Below are positions 1 to 12,438 of a stretch of 64,000 nt of DNA, in pieces. Under the pieces are notes generated by a model that worked only from the letters and a program-made list of their open reading frames with translations, did no database searches and was not told the DNA's origin. A program made the translations under genes and the position numbers. The stretch is from Eledone cirrhosa (Eukaryota). Position 1 is the first letter of the stretch, and every line of letters begins with the position of its first letter. The stretch spans positions 353,648,001 through 353,712,000 of the forward strand of contig OZ024741.1 in NCBI GenBank assembly GCA_964016885.1, written 5' to 3'.

Positions 1-285
1 TTTTTCCACAGCAAAATCAATGTTAATGGATGGGTACAGTGATACCACATCCATGCTGCCTATTATGCAATTGGATAGGTTCCTGTTTTTGTTGCACTCA
101 CTGATTCTGCTGAGGAGGTCCTCTGTACTGTCACATACATCTGGGGACATCTTGATCATGGGGCGTATAACCATTGAGAGGAAGTAGGAGATCCTGTAGT
201 TGCTAGCTATATTAGCTCCGCACACGGGTCTTGTTGGTGGTCCTGTTGTCGAGTCGTCGACTGTCTTGTGGTCTAAAATACGGTG
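1..285 (-). pseudogene. Penelope-like retroelement RT fragment, runs off the window start
   Basis: Manual minus-strand translation gives [38 protein letters not shown]...IIGSMDVVSLYPSINIDFAVEK. This has the PLE RT motifs (K)DHK, RP(I/V) and motif A SMDVxSLYPSI. The fragment abuts (TA)n. Confidence 0.85.
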
Positions 286-303
286 AAAGCTTATAATTTC
301 TAA

Positions 304-427
<124 letters not shown>

Positions 428-441
428 GTATATATATGTAT

Positions 442-473
<32 letters not shown>

Positions 474-475
474 GT

Positions 476-589
476 CCTATGCGAGCAAGACAACCACTCT
501 TGCCTCAAGTGGGAAAACCCCCGTCCAAACCCATGCAAGCGTGGAACACGGACGCTAAACCTGATGATGATGATGATGATGATGATGAT
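476..589 (+). mobile_element. 3' tail of an RTE-type LINE or SINE ending in (GAT)n
   Basis: ccgtccaaacccatgcaagcgtggaacacggacgctaaac forms a terminal hairpin and is followed by (tga)n, the typical RTE-mobilised 3' end. Confidence 0.55.
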
Positions 590-597
590 ACATATAC

Positions 598-628
<31 letters not shown>

Positions 629-867
629 TATATATATATATACACATATATATATACACAGTTCAAAAGTAACCTTTGCCGATGATCTAAGATTTGGCAT
701 CTATGATTCATCGATTAATGGTGAAATATATTTCTTCAATGGAATATATACAAAGGAGATTTATCATTATTGCAAGGTTCTTGTTAATTTTTAATATGTT
801 ACCTCCGTAACTATGTGTGTTTACACTCTTTACAAATTATCCCCTGTAATTGTTTGATTGGTTTATT

Positions 868-976
<109 letters not shown>

Positions 977-1118
977 CCTTCGACTTTTAATTTAATGTTA
1001 ATAATTGCTCGGATTTACTACTTGCAATCTTTGAGCTTATTCCACAGGTGATATGGCGCATGCTTCTGATATTCTCAGACATGGCATCTTTAATCTAATT
1101 ATATGCATATATATATAT

Positions 1119-1546
1119 GTAGGAGGTGAGTTTTATTGTAGTACAATAAAGCAATGCAGATATCGGATAAGTACCACTCTACAGTTTGTAGGACTGGAGT
1201 ATAAATAATATAAGATCAAAAGATGGTTAAAAGAGTTCCATGTATTTTATTATGCGCATTTCAAAAGCAAATATCATCAAGAGATGATATTTGCATTTTC
1301 GTCAGATAAAATAGGGATACGTGATATGAAGCTTAACAAACACTTGTGAATAGTGAAGTTTAAATCAACATATCATGATATGTTGATTTAATACTTCACT
1401 ATTCACAAGTGTTTTTTAACCTTCATATCACGTATCCCTATTTTATCTGACAAAAACGCAAATATCATCTCATGATGATATTTGTTTTTGAAATGCGCAT
1501 AATAAAATACATGGAACTCTTTTAACCATCTTTTGATCTTATATTA
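1119..1546. mobile_element. Head-to-head (palindromic) pair of PLE pseudo-LTR 3' ends, family A
   Basis: Spacerless inverted repeat centred at 1375/1376 (tatca|tgata) with arms of about 170 bp. The right arm matches 37676-37855. 1119-1165 matches the reverse complement of 36157-36202. Confidence 0.85.
1244..1312 (-). ncRNA. Type I hammerhead ribozyme, family A; the mirror copy at 1440-1508 (+) has core CUGACAA
   Basis: Minus strand reads attttat-CTGACGA-aaatgcaaatatcatc..gatgatatttgctttt-GAAA-tgcgca-TA-ataaaat. Stems I and II pair and helix III is palindromic. Confidence 0.85.
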
Positions 1547-1608
1547 TATATATATATATATATTAAAATACAAATATTAATAAAATAGATGTTCTTTTGA
1601 TCAATTAC

Positions 1609-1661
1609 ATTTTATTATACATATTTCGGAGGTGCGACAATACGTCCTCATCAGACAAAAT
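1609..1661 (-). ncRNA. Type I hammerhead ribozyme, family B (3' pseudo-LTR)
   Basis: attttgt-CTGATGA-ggacgtattgtcgcacctcc-GAAA-tatgta-TA-ataaaat. Confidence 0.8.
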
Positions 1662-3074
1662 ATAATGATACATGACATACCCTGAGATGTTAAATGGTTA
1701 AGATTTAATCAAGGTAGTGATTAACCTAAGAGAAAATTCAACATTTATACCCTAATAATGAGAAAATGCGAAAACGTAATAAATTCAATAGAGAATGTGT
1801 GAGTAAGAAAAACGTTGGTTAATGTGACAGCTATAGAGATTTTAAAATGTAGGATACTACAAGTTATGTTTATCTAGGAAAACATCTCATGGATTATAAC
1901 ACTCAATGAGGGCCGCTGAAAGGGGATTTAAAGAGAGGGAAATATAAAGGGGAGTAATATATTCGGAAAGAGATTTTTTCCAAGAGCTAAACGGTTTAGT
2001 TTCAAAATATATAATTTATGTTGTTTTAGGGTGAAGAATCAAGATTTTAGGTTTTTTTAAAAGTTGCTGGTTATTTATATTTATTAATTTTATAAATTCT
2101 ATAAGTGTGTTAACATTACTAAACTTTTGAATTTTATGAGGATTTACCTGCATTTAAAGGATTTACCTGGCCAGCGAAAGGAAAATTTACACTGTTGAAT
2201 ATTTTCCTAAATGTAAACTTTAACGAAGATAATCTATAAAATTGTCAACATTTTCGGTATGTAAAGCTTATGAAGTACTTATTGTTAGAAATATTTAAAT
2301 AACGATTATGTATATAGATATATATTAATGAGCCAGGTAAATGATAACGAATATAAAATAATTGATTGAAGCATGCTAAAGTTAAATAGATACCTATATA
2401 TAACAGGGTGTAAATGCATGAATTATTTACAGTTCAAAATAAATAATAATCTAGAAATTTAGAAGTTATCTCAAAATTATCTATAGAGAGATACAGGGAG
2501 GTATATATAGATATATATTAAGTATTAGTAATACAGTATACTTTAGGTAAATGATAACGATTATAATCTTATATAATAGATTTCAACGTGTTACAGTTAA
2601 ATACATACATATATATAAGAAAAACAATAATAAATGCATGGATAATTCAGAGTTCAAAATAAGGTCCGTAATAATTTATAGTTTGGATATTTGCTCTATA
2701 TTTGAATCATGGATATAAAAATACGGTAGGTATATTTAAAAACTTACAAAAGATAATTACATACATATTATAAATAAGAAATAAAAAATATAAACACATG
2801 AAAGGTTCACAGTTAAAAATAAGTTCCGTGAAAATATACGGGTTGGATATTTAAACTAAAATTTAAAACTTAGATAGGAAAATAAAGATAGAGAAAAAAT
2901 GGTATGGATCAAAATTAATAATATTACGTTATGTATATAAACGTGCCGGCGTGTTATTGAACAAATGTCATTCATTCGAGCGTTATTTCTTCTATAGATA
3001 GTTATAAGATATTGCAATATTAAAGGCCATTAATGTTTTTCCCTGTTGATTATATACGTCTGAAAACCAAGTTT

Positions 3075-5267
3075 TTAATGGTTTAGTGTTTCTTTCTCTT
3101 TTTCTCTAGTTTTGTGGGAGGCTAAGAATGTGGACGTAGCTTTATGAAGCCAACTAGAGAATAATTCACTTTTTTTGTTAATTAGGGTCTCATGCTTATT
3201 AATAATCAACAGGGTCTCCATTGTACAGAGCGCGCAGTTATTTGATATACTTAAGTTGCGGTAAACTCCACAATTCCGAAGTTTTGTCCAAAGAATGGAG
3301 TATTTTAAATTCCTCTCTTTTAATGACCATATGAGCTGTAATAAAGAAGTGGATGATTTCCTCTTGGAGTTCGAGAATGATCATTTATGGTTCGCAAATC
3401 TGGCTTTGAATGTGGAAGAAGTCGATCCTATGTAGTTGTATGTGTTGTGATCAGTTTTTACGGTGCATTTATAAACCAAATTACCATCTAGACATTTTAT
3501 TTTGCAAAGGGCAGTCAGTTTTATTTCTACAATTACATTTTGGTTTAGTATCATTTATGTTAACTCTATTATTAAGATCATTATGCTGGTTTTGTTTTAG
3601 GATTTTATTGTTTAATTTGGCAATGTTTTGGCCATGTTGATAGTTGTAGAATACGAGAATTTAATAGTGTGTCTATTAAAAATGGAATGGTATTTATGTT
3701 GAGTAGGGAAAGAGGTGCCCAAAGCGTTAAAGAATAATTTTGCAATTGGTGTTCTAACTGCGACCGAAGCAAGGGGGGCGAACCATATGACTGATTTAGT
3801 TCTAGTTCTTATCCTCGATTTATTTGGCGTATCGGTGTTTGAATTATAATTTTCTCTTATATATGTTATTATTTTTATCAAGATTAATACTTGGATTATT
3901 ATTATCTACATATTCTATATTATTCACATATCCTGCTCTTTTTAACGCGTTGTTGTAGTATTTACTATAGCTTTTTTTTTACAGATTTAGGGTAATTGGA
4001 ATGGTTACTAACATAGTTTAAGTTTTCATTGGGCTTATGAAAAGGGTAATAGAAGCCAGTGTTTAAGTTAAAGGTCACGTCTAGGAAATTAATTATTTTG
4101 GTACCATTTTCTACTTCTAACTTAAGATCGCACATTTTAAAGAATTCTATTATACTATTCTTTACTCTATTTAGTTCTATATTGTTGTGTTTGACCACCG
4201 TAAATAAAATGCCGTCCCTATATAAACCACTGATAATCTCCGGCAGTTTTCTATTTATCATATTTAATATGAAAATTCCCAGAAGATCTGTGATTTGCGC
4301 GGAATCAGTTGCCTCCATAGTAATATCAAAGTTTCTATCTCTATCTGAGCGGGTCCAATATTCAGTGTTGAAGTTAATAAGAGTTCTTCTGGCTGTTAGT
4401 ATTATATCAATTTCATCCGTGGTTATATCAGTATGCTTATAAGCATATGAAAGAGCCTTATTTAGAAGGTTAGGTGTTATGGAAGAATAGTAGCTTGTAA
4501 TGTCCATCTGGATGAATTTATGGTTTTTCTTATCATCTATATTCCTGTACCATTCTATGACTTCATTTGTATCTTTCCATAAGCTCAAATTAGATCTCAA
4601 TTTAAGAGTGGGTAATATTCTATCGATGATGTTTTTACTGATTACTCCAATATCCGATTTCGATGGAGCAATAAGTCTAACTGGCATCTCTTCCTCAAAG
4701 TTTCTTTTGTGATCCTTCAAGTTAATCCTCGGCTGTCTAGGTAAGAATGGCTCAGTTCTTCCTTCTATTCCTAAATTGGTAATTAAATTATATGCTTCTT
4801 CATTAATTTCAGTAAGATCATCAGCCGGGGCTTTTTTGTAATTTTTCCTAAGTTCCTTTAAAATCAAGTTGTTATATTCATCTTTGTTTATCCCATATAA
4901 ATTATTAGTTTTGTCCGATTTAATCAATACTTTGTTAACATTTTTTATTTCCGTGAATTTTTCTTTTAGAGTTCTAAGATATTAGTGACCTATATATGGG
5001 TTTTACCTAAATTTAATTTTTTTTATTATACCGAACATTTCTGTTTCAAAAACCTCCAGAAGTTTGTTGTATGGAGGATTCTTTCTTGATTTAAATAAAG
5101 ATTCAAAATGATTGTTGTTGGTTTTTCTTTCAGCATCTTTATTTTCGAAATGAAATGCCCTCCATCTCAATCTTCTAATAAAAGTGTTTGTCTGTTCGAT
5201 AGTTTTCCTCATGTATTCTTCATTTGAAGGTATGGGTATATCTTTGAGGGAAGTTTAAGAAATCCAT
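3075..5267 (-). pseudogene. PLE polyprotein (RT + GIY-YIG endonuclease), frameshifted
   Basis: Pieces: KDIPIPS..RRLRWRAFHF; SDKTNNLY..LKDHK..VRLIAPSKS..QMDITSYYSSI..FDITM..GLYRDGILF (catalytic DD damaged)..NFLDVTFNL..YHKPN-like; IWFAP..IFNRHTIKFSYS. GIY-YIG lies at about 3075-3560. Confidence 0.92.
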
Positions 5268-5472
5268 ATTTATTGAATATACAATCTATTGTATAGAAAA
5301 GCGCTCAACCAGTTGGGAGCAGTATATATTAAAGAGTTAAACAAGATTCAATGAGTATATCAAAGAATGAGTTTTACAGTAGATTGGAAGCACTCTACGA
5401 AAAATAATTTTCCAGAGTTATTAATAATAAAATACAAATATTAATAAAATAGATGTTCTTTTGATCAATTAC

Positions 5473-5525
5473 ATTTTATTATACATATTTCGGAGGTACA
5501 ACAGTACGTCCTCATCAGACAAAAT
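5473..5525 (-). ncRNA. Type I hammerhead ribozyme, family B (5' pseudo-LTR)
   Basis: attttgt-CTGATGA-ggacgtactgttgtacctcc-GAAA-tatgta-TA-ataaaat. Stem II pairs gga/tcc and gtac/gtac. Confidence 0.85.
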
Positions 5526-5832
5526 ATAATGATACATGACATACCCTGAGATGTTAAATGGTTAAAATTTAATCAAGGTAATGATTAACCTAAGAGAAAA
5601 TTCAACATTTATACCCTAATAATGAGAAAATGCGAAAACGTAATAAATTCAATAGAGAATGTGTGAGTAAGAAAAATGTTGGTTAATGTGACAGCTATAG
5701 AGATTTTAAAATGTAGGATACTACAAGTTATGTCTATCTAGGAAAACATCTCATGAATTATAACAGTCAATGAGGGCCGCTGAAAGGGGATTTAAAGAGG
5801 GGGAAAGATAAGTGGGAGTAATATATGCAAAA

Positions 5833-7262
5833 ATATGGTCCGCCCCCCTCCAACCCTGCTTCGATCGCAGTTAGAACACCAATTGCAAAATTATTCTTTA
5901 ACGCTTTGGACACCTCTTTCCCTACTCAACATAAAATACCATTCCATTTTTAATAGACATACCATTAAATTCTCGTATTCTAGAACTATGAACATGGCCC
6001 AAAACATTGCCAAATTAAACAATAAAATCCTAAAACAAAACCAGCATCATGATCTTAATAATAGAGTTAACAATGATACTAAACCAAAATGTAATTGTAG
6101 AAATAAAACTGACTGCCCTTTGCAAAATAATTGTCTATATAGTAATTTGGTTTATAAATGCCCCGTAAAAACTGATCACAACACATACAACTACATAGGA
6201 TCGACTTCTTCTACATTCAAAGCCAGATTTGCGAACCATAAATTCTCATTCTCGAACTCCAAGAGGAAATCATCCACTTCTTTATCACGGCTCATATGGT
6301 CATTAAAAGAGAGGAATTTAAAATACTCCATTCTTTGGACAAAACTTCGGAATTGTGAAGTTTACCGCAACTCAAGTATATCAAATAACTGCACGCTCTG
6401 TACAATGGAGACCCTGTTGATTATTAATAAGCATGAGACCCTAATTAACAAAAAAAGTGAATTATTCTTTAGTTGGCTTCATAAAGCTACGTCCACATTC
6501 TTAGCCTCCTACGAAACTAGAAAAAAAGAGAAAGAAACACTAAACCATTAAAAACTTGGTTTTCAGACGTATATAATCAACAGGGAAAAACATTAATGGC
6601 CTTTAATATTGCATTATCTTATAACTATCTATAGAAGAAATAACGCTCGAATGAATGACACTTGTTCAATAACACGCTGGCACGTTGATATACATAACGT
6701 AATATTAACTTTGATCCATACCATTATTTCTCTATCTTTATTTTCCTATCTAAGTTTTAAATTTTAGTTTAAATATCCAACCCGTATATTTTCACGGAAC
6801 TTATATTTAACTGTGAACCTTTCATGTGTTTACATTTTTTTATTTCTTATTTATAATATGTATGTAATTATCTTTTGTAAGTTTTTAAATATACCTACCG
6901 TATTTTTATATCCATGATTCAAATATAGAGCAAATATCCAAACTATAAATTATTACGGACCCTATTTTGAACTCTGAATTATCCATGCATTTATTATTGT
7001 TTTTCTTATATATATGTATGTATTTAACTGTAACACGTTGAAATCTATTATATAAGATTATAATCGTTATCATTTACCTAAAGTATACTGTATTACTAAT
7101 ACTTAATATATATCTATATATACCTCCCTGTATCTCTCTATAGATAATTTTGAGATAACTTCTAAATTTCTAGATTATTATTTATTTTGAACTGTGAATA
7201 ATTCATTCATTTTACATATAGGTATCTATTTAACTTTAGCATGCTTCAATCTATTATTTTTT
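5833..7262 (+). mobile_element. Inverted 5'-truncated copy of the same PLE (GIY-YIG domain + 3' UTR)
   Basis: Reverse complement of about 2355-3790. ORF 5835-6551 contains CNCRNKTDCPLQNNC..VYKC..YIGST..FKARFANHKFSF..CTLCTME. Confidence 0.92.
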
Positions 7263-7451
7263 TAAATATATATATATATTTGGTTCCTTTACCGGTTTCG
7301 CAGTTCTTCTGGTTTTCAAAAGTAGAGTTGAGATTGAGGGTCTGTGGGGTTTTTCTCACAGTTGCATTTTCGATTTCATCTTTTTTCTTTATACTTTCAC
7401 TCGTTTAGGACACCTTGGTTATTTTTCATTTTGAAAAAACCTCACTTTCTA

Positions 7452-7482
<31 letters not shown>

Positions 7483-7483
7483 C

Positions 7484-7561
<78 letters not shown>

Positions 7562-7869
7562 GTATTTGTAGTATGTGTGTCAAAGGAACGTTTTCTGGAT
7601 GATTTGAAAAAACAAAAAGTAAACTGTTTTAGTGGTTTCCTTGGAGTTATCATTTTTCCTTTATCTTGTGGTGTGTGTGCATGTGTATGTGTGTATGTGT
7701 GTATGTGTGTGTGTGTGTGTGTGCGTGTTTGCGTGTTTGTGTGTCTGTGTGTTTGTCTGTGTATGTGTGCATGTTTGTGTGTGCGTGCGTGTGGTTGCAC
7801 ATGTATAGGTTTACTTATGGATGTGTATAGATCGGTTATTCCCATTTATAGATCGTTGTTTATCGTCTA

Positions 7870-9080
7870 ATGGTGAAGAAATACATATTTAATTGTAGTT
7901 TATATTTGTTTATGAATTGTGTTTCATAATTTATTCTCTGATCTTAAGTGAAAGAATCTGAGCATTTGTTGAGTGGGAAATGTTTGTAGTTTGTTAAGTC
8001 TAATCCTGCACATATTTCAATGTGACTGTTTAAGAGGATTCCTCTCATGTTTTCACCACGGCTTTATTGGCGCTGTGCGGTCATTATTTTACGTAATGAT
8101 ACTCCTGTCTGTTTTATCTAATCCTGCAAACATTCATAGCATGTAATCACCTTTTTTTTCCCAAATTGAAATTTTCATTTATTATGAATGGTTGGCCATC
8201 CTTCAGTTAGGTATAAGCAGGTACGACAATGTGTTCTTCCGTATTTTGTAACAGTGGGGTTGCGGATTTGTTTGTGGGTTTTTGCCCCAGTAAGGATATG
8301 TTTTAGTGTTTTGTGCTGTTTTTACCTTTTATGGATTTGTGTTTCTAGAATGTTTTCCCATTTTTTAAATCTTTATATAGAATAGGAAGTTTTTTTGGCG
8401 GAGGTGCTCAAACATTTTGGCATTTTGGAGTTGAAGGTTGATATACATGGTAAAATATTTTCCCTTTTTTTTTTTGTCCATAGCTCTTGGATGCCTGTAG
8501 GCTTATCTCTTTCTATTCTGCTGGGGATTATGCCAAGTGGGAAGGCTCTTTGAGTGAGTATATTTTTCAGTTCATCCAGTCTTTTCTCACGTTTGATCGG
8601 GTCCGATACTATTGTGCAAATTCTTTTTTCTCGGTTAAAAGGAATATACAATTTCGTGTTTTGTAGAAGGTACTGCTTGGAAAATGTCTGTTTCTATTCC
8701 GTTTGTTTTTTTTAAAATTGCGATATCTAAAATATCCAGTTCCTTGTTATTAAACTCTATTGTGAATTGGATATTGCTTTTCAGGTTATTTATCATATTT
8801 TTGAATTCTGTGGTGAGTGTATCAAGGTTGTCCTGCCATAAGATAAAACAATCCTCCTCATACCTTTTCCAGTTGTTTTTAGTTGTGTGAAATTTGTCTC
8901 CAAATAGTAATAGTGATTGGCTGTAAAACTTTTGTTCGTGGATTCCCATGACTAAATTGGTGTATGTAGGTGCAACTTTCGTGCCCATTGCGGTTTCTGA
9001 TATTTTTCGGTACGCAGATCCTATGAAGTAAAAATAATTGTTTTACAATATGAATTTGAATCCATCAAGGATGAAATCTT
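7870..9080 (-). pseudogene. Degraded PLE (Neptune/Poseidon-like) RT C-terminal half and GIY-YIG remnants
   Basis: AMGTKVAPTYTNLVMG..WKRYEEDCFILW (RYIDD motif decayed)..IQFTIE..LDILDI; IPFN..RICTIVSD..RLDELKNIL. Confidence 0.88.
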
Positions 9081-9099
9081 TTTTTGTGCGTGTCAGTAA

Positions 9100-9366
9100 T
9101 TCGGTTTGGATTGTGTCTAGCCAATATACAATTGCAGTTATTCCATAGTCGTGGAGTAAGATGGATGGATAACATCCATGAGATTGGCTGGTCTCGCTTG
9201 GGGATCCAGCCGGATCATTTGGAGACAGTTACTTCAGACAGGATCCGCTGGAAGGCGTGTTTGAGGACTCTTCCCCCACGACCCTCTCAGGAATAAGTGG
9301 GCGAAGAAGAAGAAGAAGAAGAAGAAGAAGAAGAAGAAGAAGAAGAAGAAGAAGAAGAAGAAGAAG
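9100..9366 (+). mobile_element. Short retroposon: unknown ~60-nt head + RTE LINE 3' end + (GAA)n tail
   Basis: Encodes RWMDNIHEIGWSRLG..SDRIRWKACL (RTE ORF C-terminus). A second copy with the same head is at 19311-19551. Confidence 0.75.
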
Positions 9367-10079
9367 ACCTCTACGCTAGGTGGTAGAAGAATATGGTTGC
9401 TATTTTAGCAGGTCGATTGATCACATTATGCACCCTTCTTAGCTCGTATATTATGTATTTTAAAGGAAAGGGATTTCACTACTTTCATCTCTTTCGTTAT
9501 TTTTTTCTTACATTTTCTCGACATTTTCTTAACATTTTTCTCATAAATTTTGCTTAGTGAAAAGAATAATTATCGTGTACATTTAAAAATTACTTTTTAA
9601 TTATTTCAATTATCAGACGTTCTTCACTGCTATATCATTAAACTAATTATATAGTTTCTAGCTATAAATAATAACATTTCGCATAAATTTCATTTGACAT
9701 GAAACATATTCTGTGATAGGACCAAATATAATGTTAGGTTACAAAGGACATAGTTGTCATAATGAGATGCTGCGTTTGGCAACATTAGCTACGCCAAAGA
9801 AAATTTCAAATGTTATAAATGAGATGGTAATTTAAGAAACAGCCAAAGGCATGATGGTAATGTATTTGGATATGAATTAGTGACTGTAGATTCAAATATC
9901 AATTAGATTTTAATTTTTGCTACTTCTAGAAAGTTGAGAAATATTTTTTAAAAATGGATATCCTAGGCCTGGCTGATTAGAGATTTGTGAAGAATGAAAA
10001 TATGTGATTTGAAATAGCGCCTATTCTAACTGGTTGTTCAGCAAGAATTTACTTTTTAACTACATTATTTGTTACAATC

Positions 10080-10390
10080 AATGCAGTACCAACCGAATAT
10101 GAGTAAGTCCCTCTTACGACGTGTGTTCTAGTTGTTTGTACAACGTATGTAAGCTCGAAAAATAAACGTCAAAATTAGTGAGCATTCCACAGACCTTGTG
10201 TCCCCTTAATGTAGTTGCTAATGAGATTCAGTGAGTGACATAGCTTGCATTTTGAATCATAGGTACAACTTATTTTTACCAGATGAGTGAACTGAAGTAA
10301 CCTGAAATAGAGTGACTTGCTCAAGGTCACAACGTGCAGTCGGAAATCAAACTCATTATCTTACAGTCGTGAGCTGAACACCGTAACCAG
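10080..10390 (-). mobile_element. tRNA-derived SINE, family 2 (decayed)
   Basis: Minus-strand head gtggcttactggttacggtgttcagctcacgactgtaag..gagtttgatttcc..gttgtgaccttgagcaagtcac. Related copy at 15290-15511. Confidence 0.7.
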
Positions 10391-12245
10391 TAAGCCACAC
10401 ACGTTCACCAGGTCTCTTGACATATAGGGAATTTAGGTGATGCTGTATATTGAAATATACTGCTTCACGTCGACACTCCGGTCTTAACTCTACCTTTGCC
10501 AGGATTTGAACACAGCACTACAACAAAATGAATGATTCGTTAATTATTACAGCCAGTAAAATGTTCTTATCCATGATTTCTATTTAAAGTTAAATGAATT
10601 GTGTCGGACTTTCTTTGCATGACCACTCCACAAATAAGGTCATAAAAAAGTCCCGGCTAGGTAATCTGTGGAATGGAGAACTTTGGTCGCCCAATGCTCC
10701 ATAGCGAGCAAAGAGAACTAAAGAAAAGAGGAAAAAAGGAAGGTTAAATGCTCTAAACTATATATTTCTATATCTTTTCTAGACACGTGTTTGTGCTCTT
10801 CCTCTTATCCTGTATAGTCACTTACACGTTATATTTCATGAGCAGCCTGTTCCTTTGATCAAACAATTGGAAAATGCATCGTCGAAACCTACGGCGGTTC
10901 GTTACAGTTATACACTGTTGTTTGCTGAGTACAGGATGTTTCTAGTTTTATTTCCCAGATACTATAAGAATCATTGGGAAAACTTTAAAATTGTCAGTTT
11001 TCAACTTTTCCCAGTGTTCTATAAATTAACTGCTTTTTTTATACGTATAGCAACAGGCTTAAAATGTGGTAAAAAGAGGTTGTTGGTAGTCAGCGGCTCT
11101 CTAAAGTAGGGATTAACAAACTCGACGAGCATCTGTCTACTTTTTTCCGGCGCCAGGAATACTTTACCTGATTTTCTCAACTATGATTTACTATGGTTTA
11201 TAATGATCGACTATGATTATGGTCATTTGCGTTGAGATACTCACATTCCAAGTTTCTTTCCTTATGGTGGTTCATGTTTCTATATAAGATTAACTGCAAG
11301 TAGTACAGGAATATTCTCTTATGTATTATATCAATTCTGCTTCTTCAAATTCTTAAGGGAGAAAACATTATTTCGAAGGTGTTATTGCTATAAACAAAAC
11401 ACAAAGACCCAATAAGTTAAGATCATGGTTTAGTTTCAGTTCTCAGTTTAAACGCAATCTATATTATTTTTGGCAAGCCTAAGGTGATTTCAGCACGTCA
11501 TTTTAATTTACTGTTGTAACTATTTCCCGTCAAATAATTCCCTTATAAAAGAGGTAGACATCAAACCTACTCGTTTTCTGCCCTATGGGGCAGTTGTACT
11601 TGCTGAAAAGAAATCAGTATTTTCCTTATAGAATATAAAAAGCTAGAACAAATACCCAATGACATTTCATCCGACGCTTTATCAACTTTGCCAATCAACC
11701 ACCTTTCTCAAATACGTAATACTGAAACGAGCACATAAAGGCGATGAACGAAAACAAAGAAGCTTCTATGTGGTTGCTCGACATGTTAGAAATAGCAGCC
11801 ATAACTTCCTCATATTTCGTCTTAAAAAAAGTGAAAGGATACATTTGATACTGTAGTCCCATATACATTATACCTGAACAATTATTTGAACGCCTTTGAT
11901 CGTGGGTCACCTTCATCACGACTCTCCTGGGACAGAACAACAGCCACAATAACTGAATCTCTTCCTAGGGTTCCAATCACATTCAAAAAGAATTTTCAAA
12001 AGAATTTTCACTTTATTTTACTTTCCCTGTTTTTTTTTCACGGAAACGAACCCCTTATCATTCAACCATGAGTAATCAGTAGTTGGATATTTCTACGGTG
12101 GAACCTTTTCGAGAAGATAGTCTTCAATCAGTTTTGCTAGTGTAAACAGCTTCGCTTCATTAATGTATTTAAAGAGGTGGGAGGAGGAGGAGTGCAAAAA
12201 TTACTGCTACACATTTCACGTAAGATTAATGTAAGCAGCTATTGG

Positions 12246-12438
12246 GATGGTAGATTAGCAGTATGGGTAGAAGGCCGGACGCCATGCTTTGCAGCATAGA
12301 GTTACGACCCCTTACGGTCTGAGTTCAAATCCCGTCGAGGTTAACTTTACTTTTCATCCTTACGGGGTAGACAAAATAAAGTACCAGTAATGCACTGGAA
12401 TAATTTCTGGCCTTGCGCCAAAAGTAGAAACAATTATT
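12246..12438 (+). mobile_element. tRNA-derived SINE, family 1 (short form)
   Basis: A-box-like head, B box gagttcaaatccc, core ctttcatccttacggggtagacaaaataaagtaccag, tail agtagaaacaattatt. Confidence 0.9.

Larger units (their letters stand above)
1561..5825 (-). mobile_element. Near full-length decayed PLE (RT + C-terminal GIY-YIG; probably Hydra clade) with pseudo-LTR direct repeats
   Basis: Direct repeats at about 1561-1975 and 5428-5825, each with a hammerhead. Single disrupted ORF at 5267-3075 and a long AT-rich 3' UTR. The 3' end lies in (TA)n. Confidence 0.92.

Noticed and set aside
11695-11949. 84-aa minus-strand ORF as a host exon
   Set aside because: No recognisable domain and weak splice signals, so it cannot be supported.
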